From assembly GCA_900088475.1 (NCBI GenBank), contig FLMG01001651.1, forward strand, positions 14,237 to 78,236: a stretch of 64,000 nt of DNA, written 5' to 3'. This DNA is from Hyphochytrium catenoides (Eukaryota > Protista > Hyphochytriomycota). Both the position numbers and the translations under genes were made by a program. Each line of letters begins with the position of its first letter. Position 1 is the stretch's first letter. A model generated the notes under the pieces. The model had not been told where the DNA came from, searched no databases, and was given only the letters and a program-made list of their open reading frames with translations. Shown here in pieces: positions 37,501-50,591 of the stretch.

Positions 37501-40500
37501 GCATTGGGTGCTGCACGTGATCTTCTACTCTAGCTTCCTTATAGAGACACAGCACTTATTCTGCGAGATGTGTTGGCTTCACGAATACTTTGCTTGATAA
37601 CTAACCTCCTCCCATTATTTAAGTACGAGCTGGTATTACTCTATTTTCTGGAGAAGGATCCTAAGAGCCTGCTGAAATGCTTCAAAGAGTGGCCCAAACC
37701 CAAGGTAGAGTTAGCATCTTCTTTTTACAAGTGTACAGATCGATTGCTGGATAGACGCGATCAGGCCCCTCTTTTTCATCTTCAAGCTTGATATCGGGAC
37801 CTCCGTTTCTCTCCCTACCCTCGTTCTACAGTGCAAGGTATATACTACTCATAGTTTTTTCGTAGACAGCAGTAACGAGTGATGAGCATGGAAAGGAGAT
37901 TCGAGAGGAGGATGCCCTGTACGACACTACCGCGTGGATAGCACGATTGGAGGTCCATAAGTCCCCTCTGTTTACCTGTCTTTTGGACTCATAGGACCTA
38001 GGACTTATCCCTACATAATGTCTCCTGGCGGCTTTGCTCATTCATAATTCTCCATGAAGTCTGTGACTGAAGCCACTGTTCCTTACTTACCATTTGGATT
38101 TTCGATAAATCTGGGACGATGAGGCGGGCTTCTATCTACCACTTTGAGCTATTGCTCCACCAGGCCATGCTAGGCTTTTGGGCACTTCGCTATCACTTTC
38201 ACCCGTACTTACACTTTGTCCTCCCTATAGGGCAGCATCAAGAAGCAGAGCAGAGCTGCTAAGACTACTGATGCCCACCTCGCCGATTCCCTCGCCGAGC
38301 TCTACTGTGGTGTGAAGGACTATGAAAAAGCTCTAAAAATCTATCTTGAAAAGGTTGAAGTTTACACCTGAGTTCGCGCGCACTTGATTGTGCCCATTAC
38401 AGCTTTTCAAGCCTTATTATATGTTTTCCATAAACGCATAGATTCTACTGTTGATGTCGTCTTCACTCTTGCTTTTCTCCCTCCCCGCCAGTGCATTTCC
38501 ATATCTCTCCCATCTGCTGACCGCGAACTTTGCAGGGGGCCCATTCAAGTGACAGTGCCCACGTATTTGAGTTGATCAGAACTCACGCTTTATGGGATGC
38601 TATTCAAAACAGAGTAAGGATCGCTCGCCTAGAATCCCCGTTTCGAAACTTGTACTGGCCTTAAATGTCTTGTTCAATTGCCAACGCGTGGTTGCCTGTG
38701 TCCTTTGTACTCTATTCATTAAGCATGAGTGCTTCTCGGGGTCGGCATGTCTATGCCCTCTACTGTCAAAAAGAGGCGACTCTACACCGCGTCAAACCGT
38801 CTCTACCTTTTTATTGCATACCTGACTCGTTCCGCAGGTTCTCTCTCTGATGCAACTGGACAAGGATCGGGCGTCTGACATGCTGGCTCGAAATATGGAC
38901 CGTTTACCCGTAAACTCGGTCATAGATCAGCTCCGAGGCCATCCACAGCTGCAACACTGGTCGGCCACTGCTGTAACCACCCTATATCTCTTTTGTATTG
39001 AGGACTGCTGCTCTTTTTTAGACCAACTGCCATTAATGGTGACCCGATAGGGGATACCACATTCTAGCAGCCTTGATATGGCCTTACTTTGCCGTTAACT
39101 TAACTTCTCGTCCGTTGACTTCATTACGTACCTTTGTCTGATACTGACCTCAACGAGAAGAGCTCTACGGCTACGCAAGAGCTGTCTTTCTGTCATCATT
39201 TATGCCGCAACCTAAGCAGGTGTCTGGAAGGTTGACGACCTCTCTCTCTTTCTTCTTCTGCAGCTATCTAATGAATCTGTTGGAGAAGTGCCCAGAGGAG
39301 TATAATCGCGAACTCTATGCAGAGTTTCACGATCTTCAGGTTTGTGCCTCACAAGATAGTCATTACCAGTACCTCTTTAGTAGGTAGCTCTCTTCTTCAT
39401 GGTCCTCTGTGATCTGCCTTAACGTAGGCCGTCCCATCTACTCTTCCCCTGCCTTCGCACAATCTTCCAACCCCTTCGTGTTTTGATATGGTCATTGCTC
39501 GCTGGGTACTCACTTGGAAGGCACTGCTACTTAGGCTTCGCTGTGTGCGGAATATGCGCCTGAGAAAATGCTAAAGCTTCTGCAAGTCAGCAACTACGCC
39601 AACTTAGAGAAGGCGCTGCATATCTGTGATGTAAGTTCTAACAATTAGAGATGACGTCAACTATCGACGTTTGTTAGCACGTCAGCCCACCTNNNNNNNN
39701 NNNNNGCCGCCTAGGAAGGAGCCAACAAGCGCTAGATCTCCTGGTAACTCAAGTCGGAGATGTGCACAAAGCCATTGAATTTGTTCAGGTAAACGCAAGA
39801 CACCCTTCCGTAACACACACTGTGGCTCGTGGCAAGTAATCTAGCCGGTCCAACGTCGCTTTAAAGTCCCGGGCGCATGCTTCTAAGGCATACCCTAACC
39901 TTTGCCTCCAACCTCTTGCTTATAGGAGCAAGATGAGAATCTATGGGATAACCTAGTCCAAAAGAGTCTGCGCTCCGCCCCTTTTCTTTCTGAGCTGTTG
40001 GACTATGCTGGATCGCACGGCGTTGACCCGAAGAAGCTTGTCACAAATGTAAGCTTACGAGGGTATTGACAGTAAGAGGAGGACAGACTAGCAATCCACA
40101 TTCCCTGGTCTGCAAGGAGAGGATTAACAATGGTGTTGAGAGCGATGACCGTGTCAAACCTCAACGTTGCTCTATGGTCCTATATTATGACCTCTTTCGC
40201 TCTCCTGCTATCTTGCTGTGCTACCTTATATAAGGCGCGATGACGAATAATTGCGGGCTTCCTTGCCTAGTTCCCCAGAAGTACTTGCTGGCATACTCTT
40301 ACTCTCCGCTGTTCTTTCTATCGCAGATTCCAGAAGGCATGGAGATTCAGAACCTTAGGGCCAAGCTTCTCCGCATATTGGTAGATTATAACCAGCAGGT
40401 ACATTTGTCAGCACCGTAGAAGCTTAGTCATCGAGCATCATCCTAGCATCTTCTCCAATGAGCATCGCCATGTTTTGGAAAGCACATGAAATGCCCCTCA

Positions 40501-41002
40501 TCATTTCTGGCAAATGGGTCTCTGTTCTTTCGTGCTCATAAGGCTACCCACTTCTTGCAAGGTGACGCTCCGCCAGGCCTGTAGCCGAGTTTTTGCCTCT
40601 GACTGCAGCACCAGCCTTGGCCACTTATTGGCTCAGAAGCGAAGGGCTGTAAGGGTGGACCAAGAGGGACTCTGCGGTATCTGTGGGAAGAGTATTCTGG
40701 GAGGTACGAGTAGGAAAGATAGAGAGGAAAAAGAGCTTTTGTTCTCCTCTAGCGCTACTTCTACTCTTGGTTGTGTCGTATACAATCTCTGACTAGTTGC
40801 ACCTCTCCCAGGGATTGCTCACAAAAAGAATGCTTCTGTGGCTATATTTTTCTGCGGGCATCATTACCACGAGCAGTGCCTGCGCTCACTCTTGGAGGAA
40901 GTGAGAAGTCAACAGACCAGAAGACGACGAGCGAGTTCAGGGCCTCTGAAAATGAAACGTGAGCACCAGGATGCGCCTAGACCCTTAGTCTGCCCAAGCT
41001 GA
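34530..41002 (+). CDS. VPS41: Vacuolar protein sorting 41 (HOPS subunit); extends to 41038 if the UGA is recoded
   Basis: EEPVLKYQ, VGTKQGRVYLFDFNG, IRWKGSLIAWAN.WGVKVYD, LLIGWGDTIKI, YILSPKEVIVARKPSADDRIAW, IPEGMEIQNLR, C-terminal RING-H2; about 20 introns. Confidence 0.95.
39693..39705. other. Assembly gap inside a VPS41 exon (probably under-sized)
   Basis: N run between ...SPP and GRLGRSQQAL; homologs need about 10 codons here. Confidence 0.9.
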
Positions 41003-41372
41003 AACCTTACAAATCGTCTGAGTCTTGTAGTAGCATAGTTTGCTTCTTTTATTAGTCTACTGCTTTCTGAGCCAGACTGCCCGGTACTCATCGCTCTGTT
41101 CTCTGCGTTCTCTTGGCCTCCCTTAATTGCGGGCAAAGTCCTGGAAAATGACCTAGTGTGCTCATGCTGCCACTATAGTCAGTACGTGCCTAGGGAGCAA
41201 AGCGAGAAGACAGAAGCGGCAGGAGAGGAGCCCGAAGACATCATCTTTGCTAGTGCTTGAGGAGCGTCAACAAGAGTGTTCTGCAGCCTGTGGACCGCAA
41301 CTGCAGCTGAATAGCTTCACTCGGGTTGGTCTTTTCGTTCGGTAAAGAACAGACGCGAAATAGCTTAAAATC

Positions 41373-41410
41373 CAAGGCGAATGCCTTCATAAGCAAGGCG
41401 AATGCCTTCA
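41373..41410. repeat. Two direct copies of CAAGGCGAATGCCTTCA (21-nt period), each a perfect hairpin
   Basis: AAGGC-GAAT-GCCTT at 41374-41387 and 41395-41408. Confidence 0.85.
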
Positions 41411-42058
41411 CGGCTGCAGATGGATACTTCTCTTTCTACAGAGACTAACTAGGCTGCTAGAATGGAAGTGACAGCCGCAATCGGGGGCCCTCCCTATTTT
41501 GGAACTCTAACTTCCAGAGTCAGGAAAAACAAGCTTATGGTCAGCCATTTCCGTGCCAGCTAAAGCTCACTGCAGCAACAGAATTTGCTGCCACGCCATG
41601 CGGACCATAGATCTTAGGTCATTCGTGCCAACCCTGGCTTTCAGCGGTACCTATCTATTCTGCGGAGTGCGGACCACCATCAGAGTACCATAGACGCCAA
41701 GGAAGCCTATGTTAACTCCCGTTTAATTTTCGCCTTTGCAAACAAGGTTCCTTCTATCCCTTCTTCAGCACATTCAGTTCGCGGCATCCAGTTTTCCTGC
41801 CAGTTTTCTTTGTCTCATACTGTTGGGCCTATCCTTCATGATGTTCGCCTTATGATTACTACTAGACCAAGCGGTTTTGGGATATAGTCACGAGACAGGA
41901 CGTAACACTGGAACCGGGGACGGGAGTAGCAGGGTTTCTAACATAACTCATTTGCTGAATAGTCGCATCGAAAAGGCGGGATCCCTTGTCTGAAAGGCAG
42001 GGCAGCAGTTGTGATGAAGGGATTGCGTGGAAAAATTAATGATTATGTCAGTCTTAGG

Positions 42059-43498
42059 CTACTCATCTCCAGCTTCTGCTTGAGAGATCTCAACAGTGGC
42101 AAGCAGATCCTTCAGCTCTTGCTCAGTTAGAATGTGTCGTACAATTTTTCCGTCGACCCTATGAACGACGCAGATGCATAGTGGTCAGAGACTGAACGAG
42201 CAGCCACTAGTATGGCTTAGCAACATGATATATAGAACCCTTACCTCTTTAGAGTCATAAGCTCAATTTTCTCCGCGGATGGTGTGGTCGTGTCCATGCT
42301 CTTTGTAAGGACCTGTCAAGCATAGTCAGCCGTCGACATGGTCCTTAATCATCGTAAGTAGCGAGAAAGAGACATACTAGCACTTAATGAGACGCAAACT
42401 ATGAGCAACGAGGCTCACGACAGGGGGAGTAGGCTCCGTTGCCTCGTGGCCCGCCCAATTCGATGAGGAGCAATAATGGAGGAGCACTGTGATTTGGACA
42501 ATGGCCCGTAAACTTTGATCCTTCCTTACCTTGACAGCTAGCTTTAGTGCGTCATTAATGGAGCAGTTCTCCACATATTCATTCTTGAGCAGTCTCTTGG
42601 CTGGCTCATTGTTAGCACCGATGGCAGTAGCCTTCCACCCACTAAAATTGCCACTTGGGTCGCTGTGATAGAGCTGGAATCTATGGTGCTCATCCCACCC
42701 AGCGTAGAGGAATGAAACACCAAAAGGTCGCTGACCTAGGAAGCGCATGCCAAAGAGAGGGTGGAGGCAGTACGAGAGGAAAGCTCAGCTATAAGTAGAG
42801 AGAAGCAAGGGACGTAACACTTTTCTCCCACCTCCGAACTGAGTGTAAGCTTGCTTGTAGTTGCAGACGGACTGAATGAGCTGCTCCACTGGGATGGGCT
42901 CCTGATACGTCAACTCGTGCCTTTGAGCAGTTAGCCGCGCATAGTTGATAAGAATATTTGAATCGGCAGTCAGACCTTGAAGGAGTAATGAGGTGCGGAG
43001 GAGTTAGTTTTTAAGCTTCGTCTTGGTGCTCTCTCTAGGACATACCAGCAACTGCGCAGATAAGGTGATCTGCTAGCGGCAGCATCTTCTCACTGCTCTT
43101 TGGAGGTGCGAGAAGCTTTGACATGGTTTTCTTTCCAGCTACGAAAGCAAGGAACATGAAAACGAGGTGAATAAGGAGTATGGCCTCTCGCAGGGCTGAC
43201 AATGACAAACCTCCTAAGACTATGCCCTCTGACGAGAGGATTCCTACTGCGGAGCCAGCATTATTGATAGCTTCCATCGCATACTCGACCTGGAAGAGTC
43301 GGCCTGGATGTTCACAAAGATCGAGTGACATGGTTAGACAAGTTTCCAAAGCTGCAACATATAGAAAGGCCACTGAACACACCATCTGGCGAAAAGGTGG
43401 TGGTCCGGCTATCGTAACGGCGAGCCTGTAAAAGGGAAGGGCACACGTGTTAGACTTCAATATCCACCAGGACAATCTCTCCCACGGCTAGTTACCAT
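42059..43498 (-). CDS. PSMA4: 20S proteasome subunit alpha-3
   Basis: M|[69 protein letters not shown]. First coding exon is ATG only. Confidence 0.97.
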
Positions 43499-44023
43499 TG
43501 TTATCCTATAAGCCTGCCCTCTGTATCTCTGGTTATGAAGCTACGCTCAGAAGATAAGCCCAAGGGAAGATAGTAGAGATCTGACAGAGCTCAGAAAGAC
43601 GAATCTGCAAAAATCTGCGAAGAGAAATGAACTCCTTCAGGATCCTTTCGCCAAAACTCATCAGCGTAAGAAAGATCTAAGATTTGATCTCATGTATGTC
43701 ACAAGTCTTCCCTTATTGCCGCTGAGCAATTCCCCAGACCTGACCTACAAGGGACGATCTAAGGAATCGTTGGGCAGGTGTTCAGCCGAACCAAAGTGGC
43801 AAAATGACCCTAGAGGCCGGTTTGAGGGACCTCTCAGCTCCAATACACTGATTACAAGGTGGCCGGGATTCTGAATAAGACTACTGTCATACCCCTCTAT
43901 TCAGGAATCCATCAATACTGTACGCATGGTAGATCTATACTAGTTATCATATATATCCACCCTGATAACCACATACTCTGATAACCTTTAGAGTTTGGCG
44001 GGAGAACTCTCTGATACGTTGCG

Positions 44024-47000
44024 ATGCGCGCTGAGCTGCTGCTTCCTTCTTCACTCCCGAGCTCTCAATAAATAGCTTCCACTCTGCAAGTCTTCGTGTC
44101 TCTGTAGAGGAGAACCTCTTGGTTATGGAGGTGGCAGATCATCCTATGTAAGAGCAGAGGTGTCAGTGAGATACCAGGTGTGCCGGTGTCCTTATCCACC
44201 ACTATTGCTCAAGGGTACGGCTAACTGGCGAGAGCAAGGCAACAGAGCATGGTGGATGTTCGGCATCATGCCACAAATGGCATCCTCAGTATCTCAACCA
44301 CGTTGAAGCTTGGACGCGGGAGCATGCTGGGTGACTATACGATCAGGTGAGGGTAACTAAAGCGAAAGAGCTACATCAGCTTCGCTAATAGAATGCTCTC
44401 AGCAACCCCCGCCTCAGCCTGAACCAGGTCCGGCTCGAGCCAAATAAAGAGGTATGGATACCAGCAACTCCCTCAGCGGCCACCTTCCTACTAGGTGGTT
44501 CCCCCTTTCGCCTTTCTCTTTCCATGTCCCGCTTGTAGCCACACGCCGCTCCAGGCAATCAAGAGGTTCATTGTTTTGTCTTCCCTTTGGTCTTCAGGGT
44601 AGCCTCTTGCTGACGTGTCTGGGCACTCGACCTAGCCTTTGGATCAAGAAGGGAACGGACCAGGTCTCTCGTATTCTCTTTAACGAGAGTGTCAGGTTGC
44701 ATCCCGGGTAAGGGCAGTGCACGAGAGTTCTCTAACACCGCCGATCGCGAGACCTGCAGTTTCAGACAAATGTTGACATTTGTTTACGCGCTTTGCCTGA
44801 TCTCCTTCCGCCGTCATGCATGATACTTGTCACTTGTCTGATTGAGCTAGTCAACATGGTATACCGCGCACTCATAGAAGTTCTACACAGTGACAGCTTT
44901 TTTCTTGGGGACGATAAGAGTGAGTGCTTTGAAGTGTGCCAGGACACAGCTACCAAAGTGCAGAATGTTGCTGGAAAGGGCAAAGATGCCGGAGAAACAA
45001 GCGGAGAAGCTTGGTCCCAGTCTTTATCGCAATACTCCTATAGTAGCGCACAGAGCGCTGAGAAACCAATGTATAAAGGAGGAGAGGATGACCCAGCGAC
45101 ACCACTGGTGAAAAATGGAAAGAGGAAGGCGAAAAGAGCGGTAGTGGACTCCGATGAAGAAGAGTTAGACGAAGAAGAGAGCCCCAAAGTCGGCAGAAGC
45201 ACTAGAAATGAAGACGAAGAAGACAACTTAAGGCTCATTGATCTCACTGTCGCTGAAAAAGAGGCGAAGCCTCAGAATGGAAAGCTGAAGATGCCACAAA
45301 TTTCTTCTTCTGGGTGGATTAAGATACCCCCAAAGACGAGCAGAGACGTTCTAAAGCAAAGCCGGAAGAGCAAAAAGAAAGAAAAAAAGAGCAAGGGAAA
45401 AGGTCGGTACTTAGAGGGCCGCTGTTGTTTCTTCTAACTGACTCACAACCCTTTTTGGCCGTGATAGGTACATCCTCTAGAGGATCCAGGAAGTGGGTTA
45501 TTGATTCTGATGAAGAAGATTCTGAGGTGGAGGAAGTCAAGGAGGATGCCGAGGAAGAAATCGTCGTGTCTGACAATGACACTGATTCGTCTGGTCCGGG
45601 AGATGATGTCTTCGAAGAAGAAGAGGAGGAGGAAGAGAATCGGTTTGTTGCTAACATTTTGAACCGCTGCGCTACGCTTTCTGCTAAGATGAGAAGTCTG
45701 CTGGATCTCCGTGAGGCGGACGGTGAGTTGGCATACTTGTTCCCTGCACGTGATCCTCGTTTAGGCCGCTATTTGCACGTGAGTTGAGGTATTGAACTTG
45801 CGTTAGCAGCACCTGCCGGCACAGCGATGATTCCTACGCTCACTTGTCTCCTTGGACCTTAAGCTATAACGTCCTGACTTTCTGACTGTCTTTTTCTCTA
45901 GGGGACGCCAGGACCAACGCCACGTCATTAGACCCTTCAAAAGTCAGCACGACACTTGTCTCTCAAGAAGATATCTTTGGACTCTCGCCCTCTCTTCGAC
46001 TGAAGTCCTACCAGTTAGTCGGTGTCAACTGGCTGCTGACTCTCCACCGCCAAGGAGTAAGTGGCGTCTTGGCGGATGAGATGGGCCTCGGAAAGACGGT
46101 TCAGACTATTGCTTTTCTGGCGCTGTTAAACACGATGGAGATGAAGTCCGGAGAGCGAAAAGGTCGGGTACTTGTCTCCGCAATCGTCGTTTTACCTTCA
46201 TCCAATGCTGCAGCTCCCACATTCTCAAACTTGTTTACCGTCTCCTCCCTTCCCTTCCATGACAGGCCCCCATCTAGTCGTAGTGCCAGCTAGTGTCCTG
46301 ACTAACTGGAAGCTGGAGATTCAGAAGTTCTGTCCGGTGCTCCGAGTGGAGGTGTATCACGGTTAGAAGCTCACTTATCTCGAGATCATTCTTTCTAGCG
46401 TCATTTCTCTCTTACCGGCTTATGCGGCTTTACTTCACTTTGAACTCGCCGTAGGCCTGCAGAAAGAGCGTTACGAGATTCAAGATAGAATCAGAAGCGA
46501 TGAGGATTTCGATATACTCCTGACTACGTACTCTTACTTTGAGCGGGACGCCTGCAAAGATGATAGGTGAGCCACATCATTGGAACTTTATGGAGGGAGT
46601 AGAGTCAACGATCCCTACTGGACTTCTATAACTCTGCTGGCTGTGGAGTGTGCACGTGCTCCTGCGGTGTGCGAACTCTCTAAGCTAGGGGTGGCATTGT
46701 CTTTCTTTAACATACTTATTGCGACAGCTACAAGCTGCTCCTATTCCTGAAGCGAACCCCTTACGTGCTCTTTCTTCAGTGGGGAGTCCTCCGCCAACTA
46801 ACGTTTCGAGGAAGCTCAGCCTCACCTCTCCTTAGCGGCTATCCTTCGCTGACCTCTTTCAACTCCACGATACCTCACAGGAGCTGGCTACGACGGTTCT
46901 CTTTTGGGTACATGGTCCTGGACGAAGGTCACAGCGTGAAAAATAGCAAGAGTTCACGTTTTACGCGCCTCATGGCTGTCAACTCGTCTCACCGGCTGCT

Positions 47001-49907
47001 TCTCTCTGGGACGCCGGTCCAGAACGCGCTCAGTGAACTACTATCCATCCTGACCTTCATCATGCCCAGCATATTTGATTGTGGCAGGTAGGGGTTTACT
47101 TCCTAGGCAGATTGAAGATACGCCCCCCACTGTCAATCTTTGCAAACTAAAGGGCTTTGTCCTTTCCCAAAGAACACGATTTTGGCTCTTTCTATCATTT
47201 ACTGCCGATGATCCTCTTTTTCTGCGTTGGGAAGGGATGCGTTGTATCCAGTTTCCGCTTTACTCTCTTTGATCAATGCTTTCCCATGCTGTCTGCTTCC
47301 GTCTATTTTGCTGCCTCTTTCTCCTCTGTCAATATGCGTGTCCGACTCTCAACTGCTGCCCGTTCTTCCTTGTTGTTTCCCCTCTCTCCCTTGTTGTTTC
47401 CCCTCTCTGTCCTTTCGCGTTTTTCCTTCTCTCTCCTCCTGTCCTCTCCTTTAACTATACTATGTCATGTCCCCTAAAGTGAGAAGTTTCAAGAGTGGTT
47501 CAATTCTGCGGCGGATCAGGCCGAGAGGCTGCAGCAAATCAAAACAATTTTGGGTACGTGCCAACTCAGATAACGTATCTCTAGTCACTACCGTGTACAC
47601 ACAGATGATGTGACCTCTATAGTCCTTTGTTTTGCAATACCCACCAGATGCTGTATGCCTTCCAGGCCATCGTTCTTGCTCTTCCTTGGCTATACATCCT
47701 TAGTTAGGCCGGGTCTGTTGATTCTCTTCAATCTCCTCCAGCGCCTTTCGTTCTTCGCAGACTAAAGGCGGAAGTGCTGGATCAGCTCCCTGGGAAGAAC
47801 GTGCGTGTTGAAATGATCTCTATGGATTCGCAGCAGCAAGAACTCTACACAGCTATTCTTAAGAGAGAAGCGGAGAAAAGGAAAGAACGTGGAAAGACTG
47901 CTCCAACTGCTGGAAAAGGAGAGAATCAACGCGAAGAGAACGGAGATAAAGAGCCAGTAAGGCGGAAGCGCCAGAGAACAGGGATTCTAAGGTCACTTTA
48001 CGTCTCTTACAAATGCTCTAGCGCCTGCAACTCAAGATCATCGGGTTCCGACACCTTGCTCTGCATACAATTCTCCCTTTGACAGACCGTTATTCTTAGC
48101 ACTCTTCCCCTTTCTATAGAGAGCTGGCCAGTCTACAAGACGGACTTTCTACAAATAGAAAAGTAAAGAGCAAGTCCCAGGAGCCTTCAGCGAACGAAGT
48201 AAAGCATCTTTTTACAGAGCTGAGGAAGGCATCGAACCATCCGTTGCTGCTACGGACCAGGTTGATCTTTTTTCCTCTAACATTACCGAACGCCCGCTGG
48301 GTCCTGACCTACAGCTGCTCTTATCTTCAAACTGCCTGTCTTGTTAATGTTCCCCCATCCTCGAGGAAACTGCTACTGACCTTTAGCAGCAGCATGCCTG
48401 TATCCTCTCTCCAAGCTCCCTGGTATCTGTGAGGTCCCTATGTATTGCGCCTTTTGCTAACTGCCTTTCCACAGATATGTAGACCCGGAAACTCTTAAAT
48501 CTATGGCCGAGGCGCTACAAGCTCGGGGAGCCTTTGGGAATAGCTGCACGGTAGCGATGGTTCTGCGAGAGATTGAAGGCTATAGCGATTTTCAGCTCCA
48601 TTCTCTATGTGTCGAATACAGACTTACCCAATGGCAGCTCCCTAAAGAGGTAAGAGGAGGGGAGTACGTGGAGATAGGAGGCCAAACATTGGAGCCAAAC
48701 CCCAGCATTGACCTTCAGGCTGAACAGCAAAGCTTGAGAATGTGACATCTGTTGCTTCTTCAAACTGACGTTGCCATTCCAGGCACTATTGCGGTCATGT
48801 AAGCTCGACTTCCTGAAGGGCTACTTGCCCACCCTGCAGAAGCAGGGAAGAAGGGTCTTGCTCTTCTCCCAGTGGACAAAGCTTCTTGATCTGTTAGAAA
48901 TATTTATGGGGCACATGCAGGTAAGGGCAAGTAGACTTGAGGAGGCTGTGGAGATTCTAGTAGTAGCTCTCTTGCTCAGATTGATCCTGCCATCGATCCT
49001 ACCTCTGTTTCTTTATCTGATTCTATGGACTTGTTGGGACTTCCTTCGTCGTTCTACGGTCACGATTCTTCTGAAAAAGAAACCCCATACATCGCTACCT
49101 GCAGAAAACTTACTTCTTGCGAATTTCTGGATAGTTCCAATACCTTCGTCTGGATGGTCAAACCGCTGTGTCTGAGCGACAGGATCTGATCGATAAGTTT
49201 ACTAAGGATAAGGACATTTTCATCTTCCTTCTCTCAACTAGAGCCGGCGGTCTAGGACTCAACCTTACAGCGGCAGGTATCATGCAGGACCACGTCCTAG
49301 CTAGACAGTCTTTTTTCGCTTGAACAACCAAGAATAGTTTCGCACTTCTCTTCCTGTCAGCTTTTGTGCATCTCATGGGCACGTGGACAGCCTTCACACT
49401 AACGCAGGCATCATAACCCTTTGTGTTTCTTCATTATCTCCCGAATTATTATCCCCCTTGCTTCCAGACACAGTCATCTTACACGACCTGGACTTCAATC
49501 CGCACAACGATAGACAGGTAAGGAAAGACTTTCCCATAATACCTAGCGAATTTTCTGCCATTTAGAAGCGTTGGGACCGAGTATAAGTTAGAGGAGATGC
49601 GGCAATGCAAGCTCAACGCGCACAATGTTCAACAATCACCATGCATCCCTTTGCACCGCCAGTAACAAATCTGTTCTCTTCATCATTAACTTGCCAGGCG
49701 GAGGACCGGTGTCATCGCATTGGTCAAACCCGCGATGTGACGGTGATAAAGCTCGTCACAATTGGGACCGTAGACGAAGATATTCTGCGCGTGGGAGAGC
49801 GGAAAAAAGAGCTTGACGAAGCGCTGCTCGGCGAGGGAGAGGACGACACAGCCACAATGGAGACGATGATTGCCAGAGCTATATCTTCACTAAACCCTAA
49901 TAGCTAA
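44024..49907 (+). CDS. SMARCAD1: SNF2-family remodeler SMARCAD1/Fun30/ETL1 with N-terminal FHA-like domain; start uncertain (44024-44250)
   Basis: [92 protein letters not shown] (subfamily signatures). Confidence 0.92.
47369..47410. repeat. Tandem duplication of CCTTGTTGTTTCCCCTCTCT in a SMARCAD1 intron
   Basis: Two adjacent copies. Confidence 0.75.
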
Positions 49908-50591
49908 TGGTTAGTTCATCTCATCTATTCCTGTCTGTCGATCGCTCAGTTAGAACGGCCGGGACCTGGCTCCCTTTAGGAGGCAACTAGTTCTGAAGAT
50001 TAGCCTACGCACGCTATCGGCTATACATTGACATGTTGTCCAAGAAAGGAGTCTCAAGAGACGGCTTGGACAAGTGATGATTAGGGTTTACTTGATGATG
50101 TCGAGAGGCGAATCAAGTCCTGACGGATGTCCTTCGTCACCACTCACATATAAGATCAACGGACGTGATATAACTTCATGACGGCGGGCATCTTTCTGCT
50201 CTTGTTCTCCGTCTGCTTTCCGAAGCTAGCTCATTTCTTCAACAAGCACTGTCTTCCATCCATCAATCCCGTGGCTTGGCTTCGGGATACAGGAGTAATA
50301 GTTCCGCGTAGGTTGGCTGAGTGCACCTCAAGCCCGCAGGTCTGATTCCTCGAACATTCTCCAACGTTCTAACTAGCCGTATCCCAGTCTCTTCTCTTGT
50401 GAGGGCAGTGGTCCGCCTGCCCAGAGCCACTATTCACTTGACTACCTTCGAAGCTGACTATTGGTCTCACCATCTGAGTATGGCACGGAGTCACTCACGG
50501 GCATACATGTGGCGACTACTGGATATGCCGTATGATCCACTTGGTCCAGCCACGCTACAGTTGATGCGCTCCTTCCCGCCGCATATACAAT

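Noticed and set aside
41373-41410. CRISPR-like palindromic repeats
   Set aside because: Only two units separated by 4 nt, eukaryotic context, no cas genes.
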